Source: a virus. Taken from it: a stretch of 64,000 nt of DNA. Positions 33,675-42,476 of the stretch are shown here, one piece after another. The stretch lies in IMG/VR virus record IMGVR_UViG_3300029712_000001; one strand, written 5' to 3'. Numbering within the stretch: position 1 is the first letter of the stretch; every line of letters starts with the position of its first letter. Below the pieces are notes generated by a model, which was given only the letters and a program-made list of their open reading frames with translations, made no database searches and was not told the DNA's origin. The translations under genes were made by a program, and so were the position numbers.

Positions 33675-34021
33675 AAAGAAAAATTAGAAGAACCGGGGAG
33701 ATAATAGACGTAATCACCTTCAGTGGTTCAACTATAAGAAGTGACTATGACCAAATACAATTCTATGACAGCAACGGAAGTGTGATAAATGAGAGTTTAA
33801 ATTATTATCTCGATACCCTTCCTGTGGATGATGAGAACAAAGATGTAGACTGGGAACAACGTAGATTCGATCTTGTTAAGGCTTATTCTATTGAGTTCAT
33901 TAAAATGCAAGATAGAAAAGGAGAAATAGATTGCGGAGTATATATACCAGATGTGGTGTCATGGTCTATAACTATAGCGGATAGAATCATAGAAGCAATG
34001 AGAGGAGTTAAAAATGCTTGA
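33671..34021 (+). CDS. Hypothetical protein (116 aa)
   Basis: ORF in the overlapping chain. Confidence 0.65.
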   Translation: MKRKIRRTGEIIDVITFSGSTIRSDYDQIQFYDSNGSVINESLNYYLDTLPVDDENKDVDWEQRRFDLVKAYSIEFIKMQDRKGEIDCGVYIPDVVSWSITIADRIIEAMRGVKNA

Positions 34022-35027
34022 TTTCAGAAGATACGAAAACGTACCCCGGTTTCAACTTGACCGCAGGCCCGGAAGGAGCCGGCTGAAGCTAACCTGCCCG
34101 GCTTGCGGAAAAAGCCGGTGCCTCACTCCTTATATTGATGTGGCAACAGGTCAGGTTGTTGGCAACGAGTTCGGAAGATGCGATCATGAACGGACTTGCG
34201 GTTACGATAAACGACCTACTGGTAAGGATGTAGGTGACAAAGATCTTTGGATTTCGGGAAACAAGTGTATAAGAGCTTATCGTCCTCCTGTAAATCCTGA
34301 CGTTGTAAATTACATACCTTTTAGCGAGTTTGAGAGGACTGTGGTTCCAGACGACAGAAACACCGTATTTAGATTTTTATCGTCTCTATGGGGAAAAGAA
34401 AGGGTATCTGATGTATTCAGGAGGTATCATGTCGGAACAATGGACTTATGGGGATGGAAAGGGTGTTGTATATTCTGGCAGATAGACAAAGATTTTGTAT
34501 GTAGAACCGGCAAGATCATGGACTTTTATATAAAGACCGACAGCCAGGGGAATGAGATTGATGTAAAAAGAGTGAAGGAAAAAGACGGTGACAATGAGCG
34601 ACCTCATGTCATGTTTTATCACTCGTTGCATGCAAGAGACTTCTTGTTTAGACAATGCCTGTTCGGAGAGCATCTTTTAAGCCAGTATCCGGATAAGGTA
34701 GTTAATTTGGTGGAGTCAGAGAAGACGGCTATTATATGCGCCGTGAATAAACCGGATGAGTTATTTGTAGCTACCGGTGGGTTGCAGAACTTAAGACCGG
34801 AAGTGATAGATGTTTTAAAAGATAGAAAGACTGTAGCTTTTCCGGACAAAGGACAAGCATTTGACACATGGAGTAAAAAGATAGATGGGATGATGATGAA
34901 GTCAAGGATAAAAGTATCGGACTATCTTCAGAGTGTTGAGAATGTAGGAGACGGAGATGATGTGGCAGATTTGATAATTAATAACAAAGTAAAAGAGAAA
35001 TATTATGAGCCTGGACGTTTATATTAA
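34014..35027 (+). CDS. Primase-like protein (zinc finger + Toprim-like), 337 aa
   Basis: CPACGKSRC...C.HERTCGY zinc finger, VESEKTAIICA (Toprim Glu), and AFPDKG / GDGDDVADL acidic motifs. Confidence 0.6.
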   Translation: MLDFRRYENVPRFQLDRRPGRSRLKLTCPACGKSRCLTPYIDVATGQVVGNEFGRCDHERTCGYDKRPTGKDVGDKDLWISGNKCIRAYRPPVNPDVVNYIPFSEFERTVVPDDRNTVFRFLSSLWGKERVSDVFRRYHVGTMDLWGWKGCCIFWQIDKDFVCRTGKIMDFYIKTDSQGNEIDVKRVKEKDGDNERPHVMFYHSLHARDFLFRQCLFGEHLLSQYPDKVVNLVESEKTAIICAVNKPDELFVATGGLQNLRPEVIDVLKDRKTVAFPDKGQAFDTWSKKIDGMMMKSRIKVSDYLQSVENVGDGDDVADLIINNKVKEKYYEPGRLY

Positions 35028-35358
35028 GAGCAAGAAGAAAGAAGAGGATCGTGAATGGGTTGCAAACATCACCCACAACATGAACAAGATGGCACAAAAA
35101 ATATTCGTATCAGAAAACAAAGAAACACTATACGATTATGTTTGGAGACCGGAAGAATTGGGCAGGGAAATAGATACTAAGGAGATGGTGAAGATACTCA
35201 CAAAAGGTATATATATTATGATCTCCAAGAGAAAAAGTCTTTTGAGATACGAACCAGAAAACGGATGGGGGTCTTATGATTCATTTCTTAAGTTTCTTAT
35301 CAAATACAAAGAGGCGTGTGAAGATCATCCGGGTTATATAATTGAAGCAAGTAGATAA
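35005..35358 (+). CDS. Hypothetical protein (117 aa)
   Basis: ATG ORF in the replication block. Confidence 0.65.
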   Translation: MSLDVYIKSKKKEEDREWVANITHNMNKMAQKIFVSENKETLYDYVWRPEELGREIDTKEMVKILTKGIYIMISKRKSLLRYEPENGWGSYDSFLKFLIKYKEACEDHPGYIIEASR

Positions 35359-35362
35359 CAAC

Positions 35363-35620
35363 ATGGAAAATTATAAAAATACTTTAAATGAGGTAGTGGT
35401 GATCGAATCGTCACCAGAAACGTATTTTGTTTACGCTATTCGTAATGCTATTCGTATCTCTAAATGTGCGTATCCGACAGCCAAGAAAGTAATTTTCAAA
35501 AGAGAGGACGTAGAGGTAGAGATCTCAGAAATGGAAACTGAAAGCAGTTTGTATGAAAAGTTTAAAGAAAAACAAAAGAATAGGGTATGGAACTTAATGA
35601 GCGCCAACAACGGGTTTTAA
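35363..35620 (+). CDS. Hypothetical protein (85 aa)
   Basis: First ATG of the listed 35342 ORF. Confidence 0.6.
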   Translation: MENYKNTLNEVVVIESSPETYFVYAIRNAIRISKCAYPTAKKVIFKREDVEVEISEMETESSLYEKFKEKQKNRVWNLMSANNGF

Positions 35621-36153
35621 GAGGCGAAATTTGTCCTTATTGCGGAAGAGAAACTGAGCTGGTAAATGCCGATAAAATATATAGCAGAAAAGGCTTAGGG
35701 ATGGTTATGATGTGCAAACCATGCAACGCTTATGTCGGTGTTCATGAATCAGGGCCGAATAAGGGAAAGGCTAAAGGCCGGCTTGCGGGGCCATCACTGA
35801 GGTCTCTTAAGATAAGAGTCCATGCCGAACTTGACAGATTATGGTCTACGCCGGAGGAACGGGAAAGGATGTATAAAGATTTATCTGAATTTCTATCTAT
35901 ACCGGAAGAGTACACACATATAGGTATGTTTGGCGAGAAGACGATGGGAAAAGTCTTTCAATTCTGTCATGTAAACAAAGAGCGATCAGGTTCGAGAATA
36001 GAATGGCATAAACCTGGAGATAAGTGCCCTAATAAAAACAATCAAATAGTGTCAGGAAGTAGCGCATGTAGAGGATGTCCTGAGTATCTCCATGATGAGA
36101 AAGATGGGTATGTCTGGTGTGATCCTGATATGAGCTACGGCAGGTTGAAATAG
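35587..36153 (+). CDS. Zinc-finger protein (DUF3268-like), 188 aa
   Basis: CPYCG...CKPCNAYVGVH N-terminal zinc ribbon plus a C-terminal Cys cluster. Confidence 0.6.
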   Translation: MELNERQQRVLRGEICPYCGRETELVNADKIYSRKGLGMVMMCKPCNAYVGVHESGPNKGKAKGRLAGPSLRSLKIRVHAELDRLWSTPEERERMYKDLSEFLSIPEEYTHIGMFGEKTMGKVFQFCHVNKERSGSRIEWHKPGDKCPNKNNQIVSGSSACRGCPEYLHDEKDGYVWCDPDMSYGRLK

Positions 36154-36166
36154 GACGCGAATTACC

Positions 36167-36174
36167 TATCTTTG
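36167..36174 (+). promoter_or_regulatory. -7 box TATCTTTG
   Basis: TAnnTTTG match 32 nt upstream of ATG 36206. Confidence 0.45.
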
Positions 36175-36205
36175 TGCTATTATTCATCAAAAAAAATATA
36201 AGCAC

Positions 36206-36484
36206 ATGGGTAGATCGACAGAGTACTACAGGACTCATCCCGAAGCCAGGAAGAAAAAGGCTAAAAAGGACAAGGAGATAAATGCCAGACCGGAACAGAA
36301 AGCCAAACGCCGGGAGCTTGGTCGTAAAAACTACGAAACGGACAAGAAGAAAGGCAAAAGCTGGAGGAAAGGCAAAGATTGTTCTCATACCAAAAACGGT
36401 CTTAGGTATAAATCAGTAAAAGCTAATAGGGGATCCAAATCGGATACAAAAGGTGACAAAAATGCACGAGGAGATAGCAAATAG
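36206..36484 (+). CDS. Highly basic Lys/Arg-rich protein (92 aa)
   Basis: ATG ORF with about 40% K+R. Confidence 0.6.
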   Translation: MGRSTEYYRTHPEARKKKAKKDKEINARPEQKAKRRELGRKNYETDKKKGKSWRKGKDCSHTKNGLRYKSVKANRGSKSDTKGDKNARGDSK

Positions 36485-37586
36485 GATAGATATAAGAAGG
36501 ATATTCAAAACCTCCAAACAGGTTATGGAAGAGGCGTATGAGAATATCTTAAAATACAGGCGGGGAGAGCTTATCCCCGCTAAAACCGGATACGATTATA
36601 TTGATGAGGCTTTGCTTGGAGGTATTTTCCCTCAGCACGCTATTGCCATAGGAGCCCGGCCATCTGTGGGTAAATCGTATGTGGCCCAAAAGATATTGGA
36701 AAATGTGATGAATCCGATGATCAACCCACAAGCAGAAGATTATTTTCTTGTCAATTGCGAGTTCGAAATGAATCCTCAGGATCTTCTTCTTCGCAGAATG
36801 AGTCAGGATATGAAAAAACGGGCTCCTGAAATATTAAGAAGGCAAGATTCTAATACAGTAGAAGAGATGAGGATGTTTGAAATCCTTCAAGGTGAAATCA
36901 GGAATAATATAATATACATCGATGCTCCGTGTACGGTAAAAGAGTTTGAGGCGGCTGTATATCATATAGCTACTAAGCATAAAGACAAACGTCTTATAAT
37001 ATTTAAAGTCGATCATATTGCTTTGATAAAAAGAATGGGATTGGATCCTAAGTCGGCTATAGATGATTTGGTGGCGGTTATGAACGAAGCTAAATTAGTA
37101 TATAAAAACATATTTTTCCTCATCATATCCCAATTCAACAGAGAGATAGAAGGAAGGATAAAAAGCCCTCAAGAGCAGCCTCCCCGTCTTTCTGACTTTT
37201 ATCAGTCTGATACGCTGGGGCAACTATGTACGTTAATGATAGGTTTGCATAATCCTCGCAGATACGGGCTGGACAAGTATATGATATTTGGGAAAGACTG
37301 GTATCAGACTCTTGACCGGTTTAAAACTGAAAACAAAACATCATTCAGGACAGCCGGACTGGTGTTTCATCATATACTGAAGGTAAGGCAAGTTAGTATG
37401 GAAGAGCTTACTAATACAATCCACCCAGAGATCCTGCCGGGGCATGGATGGATGTACGGGGAGGGAGGGACGAAGTTCGTGAACCCCAACCAGCCGCCGA
37501 CGCCGCCCAAGCTCTATACTGTGGAAGACGTTACGAACAATCAAGATCAAGAACAAGAGGTAAAGGAAGAACAGTCAGTATATTAA
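36462..37586 (+). CDS. DnaB-like replicative helicase (C-terminal ATPase domain type)
   Basis: Walker A GARPSVGKS, Walker B IIFKVDHI, and ISQFNRE (DnaB H4-like). Confidence 0.75.
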   Translation: MHEEIANRIDIRRIFKTSKQVMEEAYENILKYRRGELIPAKTGYDYIDEALLGGIFPQHAIAIGARPSVGKSYVAQKILENVMNPMINPQAEDYFLVNCEFEMNPQDLLLRRMSQDMKKRAPEILRRQDSNTVEEMRMFEILQGEIRNNIIYIDAPCTVKEFEAAVYHIATKHKDKRLIIFKVDHIALIKRMGLDPKSAIDDLVAVMNEAKLVYKNIFFLIISQFNREIEGRIKSPQEQPPRLSDFYQSDTLGQLCTLMIGLHNPRRYGLDKYMIFGKDWYQTLDRFKTENKTSFRTAGLVFHHILKVRQVSMEELTNTIHPEILPGHGWMYGEGGTKFVNPNQPPTPPKLYTVEDVTNNQDQEQEVKEEQSVY

Positions 37587-37599
37587 AAAAAAGAAACGT

Positions 37600-38202
37600 A
37601 TGAGACTTACCGTAGAAGAAAACGAATACCTGATAAGTAAGTTCCTTTTGGTTCTTACTGAGTTCGCAGGGGATGAAAGAGAGATGTTTTTAATCAACTC
37701 CATACATGATAAAGCAGTAGCGGATATGAATTATCGTCTTCCGTCTTTAATAAGCAGAGAACGCAAAAGACGAGTCATTGAGCTTCTTAAAGAAGGGACC
37801 AGAATAATCAAAGACTTTTCTGGTTATGCAGGTGATATGGGTATGATTAACGAATACGATCGTCTAAAGAAAGAAATAGGTACCGTCCAAGACCAGCTTG
37901 GTGACGTAGAAGGTCAACTTCGGGCAGCAGGAGAAGTTATTAAAAAAGAACTTGATATGATTGCTGACCGGATCAAAGAAGACCTTCTCGACCGAGAGCT
38001 GGCTAAAAGTAATGCCGAGGCTGAAAGAAAAGCCAAAGTGGATCCGAGATACGAAGTAGCTTTAGGTGATTACAAGGAGATGCTGGAAGTGATTTTTACA
38101 ACCAGAAACAAGTATTCTACGGTAGATTCTGTACATGACGATCTTCGACAGTCGGTATCTACCGGTAGAAATTCGATTATCAAAGAAGGGTACAACAGTT
38201 AA
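37600..38202 (+). CDS. Coiled-coil protein (200 aa)
   Basis: ATG ORF with heptad-like charged repeats. Confidence 0.7.
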   Translation: MRLTVEENEYLISKFLLVLTEFAGDEREMFLINSIHDKAVADMNYRLPSLISRERKRRVIELLKEGTRIIKDFSGYAGDMGMINEYDRLKKEIGTVQDQLGDVEGQLRAAGEVIKKELDMIADRIKEDLLDRELAKSNAEAERKAKVDPRYEVALGDYKEMLEVIFTTRNKYSTVDSVHDDLRQSVSTGRNSIIKEGYNS

Positions 38203-38217
38203 AAACAAGGAGGAAAT

Positions 38218-38424
38218 ATGGAAAAGAAGGAATTTAAAGTAGGAGAAGTGTTTGATGCCGGACTTGTGAGATTAAAATGTGTGGAACCTACGGCGCCAAA
38301 TGCAGGATGTGAAGGATGTATATTCAATTACTTTACATGCGGGGCAGTGGATGTGATTGCAGGTCCGTGTAGTCACGCGGAGAGGGAGGATAATAGAGAT
38401 GTTATTTTCATTAAAGCTGATTAG
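38218..38424 (+). CDS. Small Cys-rich protein, family 1 paralog (68 aa)
   Basis: GEVF...CEGCIFNYFTC...C. AAGGAGGAAAT lies before the ATG. Confidence 0.7.
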   Translation: MEKKEFKVGEVFDAGLVRLKCVEPTAPNAGCEGCIFNYFTCGAVDVIAGPCSHAEREDNRDVIFIKAD

Positions 38425-38426
38425 GA

Positions 38427-39140
38427 ATGTACATCAATTTCAGACAACTTACAGCATCAGACATGACTCCTAATGATCTCGCTAATCTTCTTGCCATAAG
38501 ACAGAAGGATTCGGTTATGATCGAAGCCATACCGGAAGAAGATGCTGGTAGATATATAGAGCTTGGCCTGGTTGAGAAATTAAAATCAGGCGTGATGAGA
38601 TTAACCAACAAAGGAACGTCTTTTGTGAATTATATAGAGACACCGGAAATGACGGACGAGGTTCTGGAAACGTTGAAGATTATGATAGGAATGTACGAAT
38701 CGTATTCAAAAGACATAGGTGTCAGCAGAAAAGAAGCGGAATCCAGGTTGTGTTGGTTTATGGGTAACACCTCATTCAAGAAAGAGGTCATACTTCAGGT
38801 AACGGAATCTTATATAGCAGAGTCAGGAGATTATACAATGAGCTTATGTAACTTTATATGGAAACCGCCTTCTCAGGCTTTTTCAGTCCATATGAACCTT
38901 AAAAACTCAAAGCTCTTCGACTTAATAGCTGAAAAATTCAAGATCGCTACCGAGCCTTATTTGGAGTCTAAGAAGAATAAGGAAATGGATTGGTTGTTTG
39001 CCGTATCTAAATTGCCTACGCCGCCGGCTAAAGGCAATCCGGATTATTTGTTTACCGGAAGTTCTGAAACAGACAAAGAGAGATTGAAAAACATAAAAAC
39101 GTATTTATTTAACAAAATTAGAAAGCAATGGAAAAAGTAG
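38427..39140 (+). CDS. Hypothetical protein (237 aa)
   Basis: ATG ORF directly upstream of the ACP-like gene. Confidence 0.75.
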   Translation: MYINFRQLTASDMTPNDLANLLAIRQKDSVMIEAIPEEDAGRYIELGLVEKLKSGVMRLTNKGTSFVNYIETPEMTDEVLETLKIMIGMYESYSKDIGVSRKEAESRLCWFMGNTSFKKEVILQVTESYIAESGDYTMSLCNFIWKPPSQAFSVHMNLKNSKLFDLIAEKFKIATEPYLESKKNKEMDWLFAVSKLPTPPAKGNPDYLFTGSSETDKERLKNIKTYLFNKIRKQWKK

Positions 39141-39379
39141 AAATCAGAAAGATTATAGAGGATATAATTATTATTCAGTTTCTTAATTCAGAAATGGATA
39201 TAGTTCATGAAGAAGATGTGACGTTTAAAGAACTTGGATTAGATTCTCTTGATCAAATTGAACTTGAAATGATGGTGGAACAAAAATTCAATATTGTTAT
39301 TATTGATTATAATATGGAGACCATCAAAGATATGACTGATCTTGTTTACAAAACAATAACAGAAGGATATGGGAAGTGA
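39128..39379 (+). CDS. Acyl-carrier-protein-like protein (83 aa)
   Basis: FKELGLDSLDQIELEMMVEQKFNIVI matches the ACP phosphopantetheine-attachment helix (DSL Ser). Confidence 0.7.
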   Translation: MEKVEIRKIIEDIIIIQFLNSEMDIVHEEDVTFKELGLDSLDQIELEMMVEQKFNIVIIDYNMETIKDMTDLVYKTITEGYGK

Positions 39380-39863
39380 TATAATTTTATGCATGGCTTT
39401 AATAGCGTCATTTGCTTTTGTTATACAGTTTTTGTTGTCGATATTAGGATCTGATCTGGATACGGATATTGACATTGACAGTGCTTCTGATTTAAGCATG
39501 TCTTTGTCGGACATCATATCATTCAAGGGCATAACACATTTCATTCTTGGATATAGCTGGACTACTTACTTTTCGGGTTCCCATTTAGTAGGGGTTGTGA
39601 TAGGGTCGTTTTTCTTTATCGTTTTGTTTTACGTATATAAGTTACTTCTTAAGTTAAAGCAAGAAATGGTGTACGAATGTCCGGAAGATTTAAATGGCCG
39701 AGAGGTGGAGATAGTGTTTAGATCAGGGAAGAATCATTATATGGTAAATATTTCGAAAAATGGAAGACAGGAGCAAATGAGAGTAAGATGCTTGTCTGGA
39801 AAAACTTACAAAAACGGTGACAAGGTGAATATAAAATATGAAGAAGGAGAATTAAGTATCTAA
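39369..39863 (+). CDS. NfeD-like membrane protein (164 aa)
   Basis: Three N-terminal hydrophobic helices plus a C-terminal OB-like segment (GREVEIV...GDKVNIKYEEGELSI). Sits directly upstream of a flotillin gene, as in yqiJ-yqiK and yuaF-floT. Confidence 0.65.
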   Translation: MGSDIILCMALIASFAFVIQFLLSILGSDLDTDIDIDSASDLSMSLSDIISFKGITHFILGYSWTTYFSGSHLVGVVIGSFFFIVLFYVYKLLLKLKQEMVYECPEDLNGREVEIVFRSGKNHYMVNISKNGRQEQMRVRCLSGKTYKNGDKVNIKYEEGELSI

Positions 39864-39894
39864 TTTTTTTATCAACAATTAAATTTTAAAAGTT

Positions 39895-41595
39895 ATGACA
39901 ACAATCATGTACGTGTCAGCTATATTAGCTGTAGTGATTATTTTGACAATCATCGGAGTCTTATCAAGGTATCGTAGATGTAAGCCTAATCAGGTCTTGG
40001 TCGTTTATGGTAAGACAGGTGGGGAAAAGAAGTCGGCGAAATTATATCATGGTGGAGCGGCATTTGTCTTACCTATTATTCAAAGCTATGATGTTTTGTC
40101 AATGGAGCCTATGCAAATAGATTGCAAGCTTACCGGTGCTTTGTCATCTCAGAATATTAGAGTAGATGTACCTACAACCATTACAGTAGCTATCAGTACA
40201 AATCTCGAAATCATGCAAAATGCGGCAGAAAGACTTTTGGGGATGGATACCGAATCTACTGAAAATCTTATTACGGACATCGTTTACGGTCAGATGCGTT
40301 TGATTATTGCTGAAATGACAATCGAAAAACTTAATTCTGACAGGGATGAGTTTTTGGATAAGGCAAGAAAGAACATTGATAACGAGCTTAACAAGTTAGG
40401 TCTTTACCTCCTGAACATCAACATCAGTGACATCAGAGACGAAGCCGGTTATATTATGAACCTTGGTAAGGAGGCTGAAAGTAGGGCTCTGAACGAGGCA
40501 CAGGCTAATATCGAAGAACAGGAGAAGCTGGGTGCTATTAAGATTGCTGTACAGCAGAAGGAGAAAGAAACGGCTGTGGCTAATACCAAAAAAGAGCAAG
40601 AGATTCAAATTGCTTGTACTGAAAAAGAAAAGGAAACGATAGTAGCTGAAACGAAGAAAGAAAAAGAAATAGCTTTAGCTTTAACCGATAAAGAGAAACA
40701 GATCGGTGTAGCTCAAGCAGATAGAGACAGGGCTGCGGTTATCGCAAAAACTTTAACCGACAAGGAATCGGCGATCGTAAGATCTAAGGCAGAACTTGAA
40801 GTAAATAAAGCCGAGGCTGAAAGAATGGAAGAAGTCGGAAAGAATAAGGCTGAAGCTGACAAGGAAGCAGCTATAGCAATACAAGACTCTGAAGCTCAGA
40901 TTAAGAAGGCTGAGGCTGAGAAAAATGCGTCTATAGGATACAACAATGCCCAGAAGGAGGTTGCTGTATCAGTATCAGAACTACAGATCATCAAAGCTCA
41001 ATCAGAGAAGAAGGCCGGAGAAGAAAAAGTTAAATCGGAAGCGGCTGTAAAAACAGCAAAAGAGCTTGCCGACAAAGAAGTGGAAGAAGCTAAGGCTAAG
41101 AAAGTTCAGGCTGCGCTTAAGGCTGAAAAGATTGTGCCGGCTGAAACCCAGAAGGAAGAGGCTATCTTGCAAGCTGATGCCGAGGCCGAGAAGATCAAAC
41201 GCCGGGCTGAGGCTGAGGCAGCAGCACATTTGGCAAAAGCTGAGGCGGAGGCAAAAGCTATTCAGATGAAGCTGGAGGCAGAAGCCGAAGGTAAGAAAAA
41301 GTCGTTAATGGCAGAAGCCGACGGATTTAAGGCCATGGTGGAAGCAGCAGAATCCAATCCTCAGATCGCCATCCAATACAAGATGGTTAATCAGTGGAAA
41401 GAAATTGCCGGAGAACAGGTTAAGGCGTTCGAGCACATCAATCTCGGAAATATCACGGTATTTGACGGCGGTCAGAACAGTACCGGTAATTTCCTTAACA
41501 ATGTTGTCAAGACCGTCGCTCCGGCATTGGGAGTCATTGATCAGCTTCCGATTGCAGATACTTTAAAGAAGCTAAAAGGAGATGACAAAAAATAA
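39895..41595 (+). CDS. Flotillin / SPFH (band 7) family protein, YqiK/FloT-like (566 aa)
   Basis: N-terminal TM, then CKPNQVLVVYG...GGAAFVLPIIQ...IRVDVP...AAERLLG...GQMRLIIAEMTIEKLNSDRDEF...ISDIRDEAGY. A long Ala/Glu/Lys coiled coil follows. Confidence 0.9.
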   Translation: MTTIMYVSAILAVVIILTIIGVLSRYRRCKPNQVLVVYGKTGGEKKSAKLYHGGAAFVLPIIQSYDVLSMEPMQIDCKLTGALSSQNIRVDVPTTITVAISTNLEIMQNAAERLLGMDTESTENLITDIVYGQMRLIIAEMTIEKLNSDRDEFLDKARKNIDNELNKLGLYLLNINISDIRDEAGYIMNLGKEAESRALNEAQANIEEQEKLGAIKIAVQQKEKETAVANTKKEQEIQIACTEKEKETIVAETKKEKEIALALTDKEKQIGVAQADRDRAAVIAKTLTDKESAIVRSKAELEVNKAEAERMEEVGKNKAEADKEAAIAIQDSEAQIKKAEAEKNASIGYNNAQKEVAVSVSELQIIKAQSEKKAGEEKVKSEAAVKTAKELADKEVEEAKAKKVQAALKAEKIVPAETQKEEAILQADAEAEKIKRRAEAEAAAHLAKAEAEAKAIQMKLEAEAEGKKKSLMAEADGFKAMVEAAESNPQIAIQYKMVNQWKEIAGEQVKAFEHINLGNITVFDGGQNSTGNFLNNVVKTVAPALGVIDQLPIADTLKKLKGDDKK

Positions 41596-41734
41596 ATACA
41601 ATGGCCCAAGGTTACACTTGGGCCTAATTGAAGAAATAAAAGCAGCATTCATAGATTTCCTGCCTGCTGGAACAGTGATTTTAAGTGCTTTACTAATTAC
41701 GATATTTTTAACATGGATTTTGGACAAGATTTAG
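41582..41734 (+). CDS. Possible small single-TM protein (50 aa), below the ORF-track cutoff
   Basis: ATG overlaps the flotillin 3' end by 14 nt. Hand translation MTKNKYNGPRLHLGLIEEIKAAFIDFLPAGTVILSALLITIFLTWILDKI. Confidence 0.4.
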   Translation: MTKNKYNGPRLHLGLIEEIKAAFIDFLPAGTVILSALLITIFLTWILDKI

Positions 41735-41819
41735 AACCAGAAGAACTGACCAAGCATTATGATCAGTGTTATAACCCCAAATAGTATTAAACCAATATAA
41801 TTCTATTATAAAAGTTTAA

Positions 41820-42085
41820 TACATCTCTTTAAGAGATCGGGTTATTAGCCTAAGCCTTGAAACAAAGGCTACGTTATTTAAGAATAGATAGTTACCTACG
41901 GATGTTTACCCAAGTCTGTAGCTCTAAGGTAAGTGATTAAACAGTTCTGGTATTCAGGAACAGTGTTGCTTATTCAAAACCTTAAATAACATTGGCGATG
42001 GGTACTTACAGGAGAAATCCTGACTTATCCCTAACGGGATTTACATCTACCAAGGAGACCGAAAGGTCTCCGAGGGGATGTATTA
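41820..42085 (+). ncRNA. Structured RNA candidate with several GNRA-capped helices; class unknown
   Basis: Hairpins at 41823-41837, 41853-41870 (loop GAAACA), 41896-41921, 42009-42022 (GAAA), 42027-42040 and 42054-42071 (7 bp + GAAA). The last is enclosed by 42042-42047/42077-42082. No ORF present. Confidence 0.45.
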
Positions 42086-42128
42086 AAACATACGAATAGC
42101 TTTAAATATATTTAATAGAATATGGGAT

Positions 42129-42476
42129 ATGGAATTGATTTTGAAACAGAAGAAGAGGAGGATGAAGAGTATGACTGATGAGGAATTTGTATTGGATAAT
42201 AAGAAAAAGGTTGTTGCAAGAAAAAGAATATCTTATTTAAACAAAGGTGATAAAGTATGGATCGTGTCTTCCGACGGGTATCTGCTACACACGGACGTAG
42301 TTAGAGCCGAACGCGGATGGTCTTATGTGGAGATAGACGGGATTCTGTATTGGAAGCGAGGATTAGATGGCAAGCATCGTAATCGTAATAACTACATGCA
42401 GTTTGCCATGACACCAGAAGACGGTAAGAAGTATGTCGTATATTACCCGGAAGGATTTAAAGACAATGACTTATGA
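42129..42476 (+). CDS. Hypothetical protein (115 aa)
   Basis: ATG ORF. ATGA overlap with the next gene. Confidence 0.7.
   Translation: MELILKQKKRRMKSMTDEEFVLDNKKKVVARKRISYLNKGDKVWIVSSDGYLLHTDVVRAERGWSYVEIDGILYWKRGLDGKHRNRNNYMQFAMTPEDGKKYVVYYPEGFKDNDL

Noticed and set aside
41002-41269. ORFs overlapping the flotillin coiled-coil region on both strands
   Set aside because: They are low-complexity artefacts of the GCT/GAA/AAG-rich repeat region of a confidently identified gene.
41603-41624. GGCCCAAG/CTTGGGCC hairpin as the flotillin terminator
   Set aside because: The stem is good but no U-tract follows, and it lies inside the possible 50-aa ORF. Left unannotated.
42175-42182. Hammerhead ribozyme core CTGATGAG
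   Set aside because: It lies inside coding sequence (MTDEE). No downstream GAAA/stem III partner or flanking helices were found.
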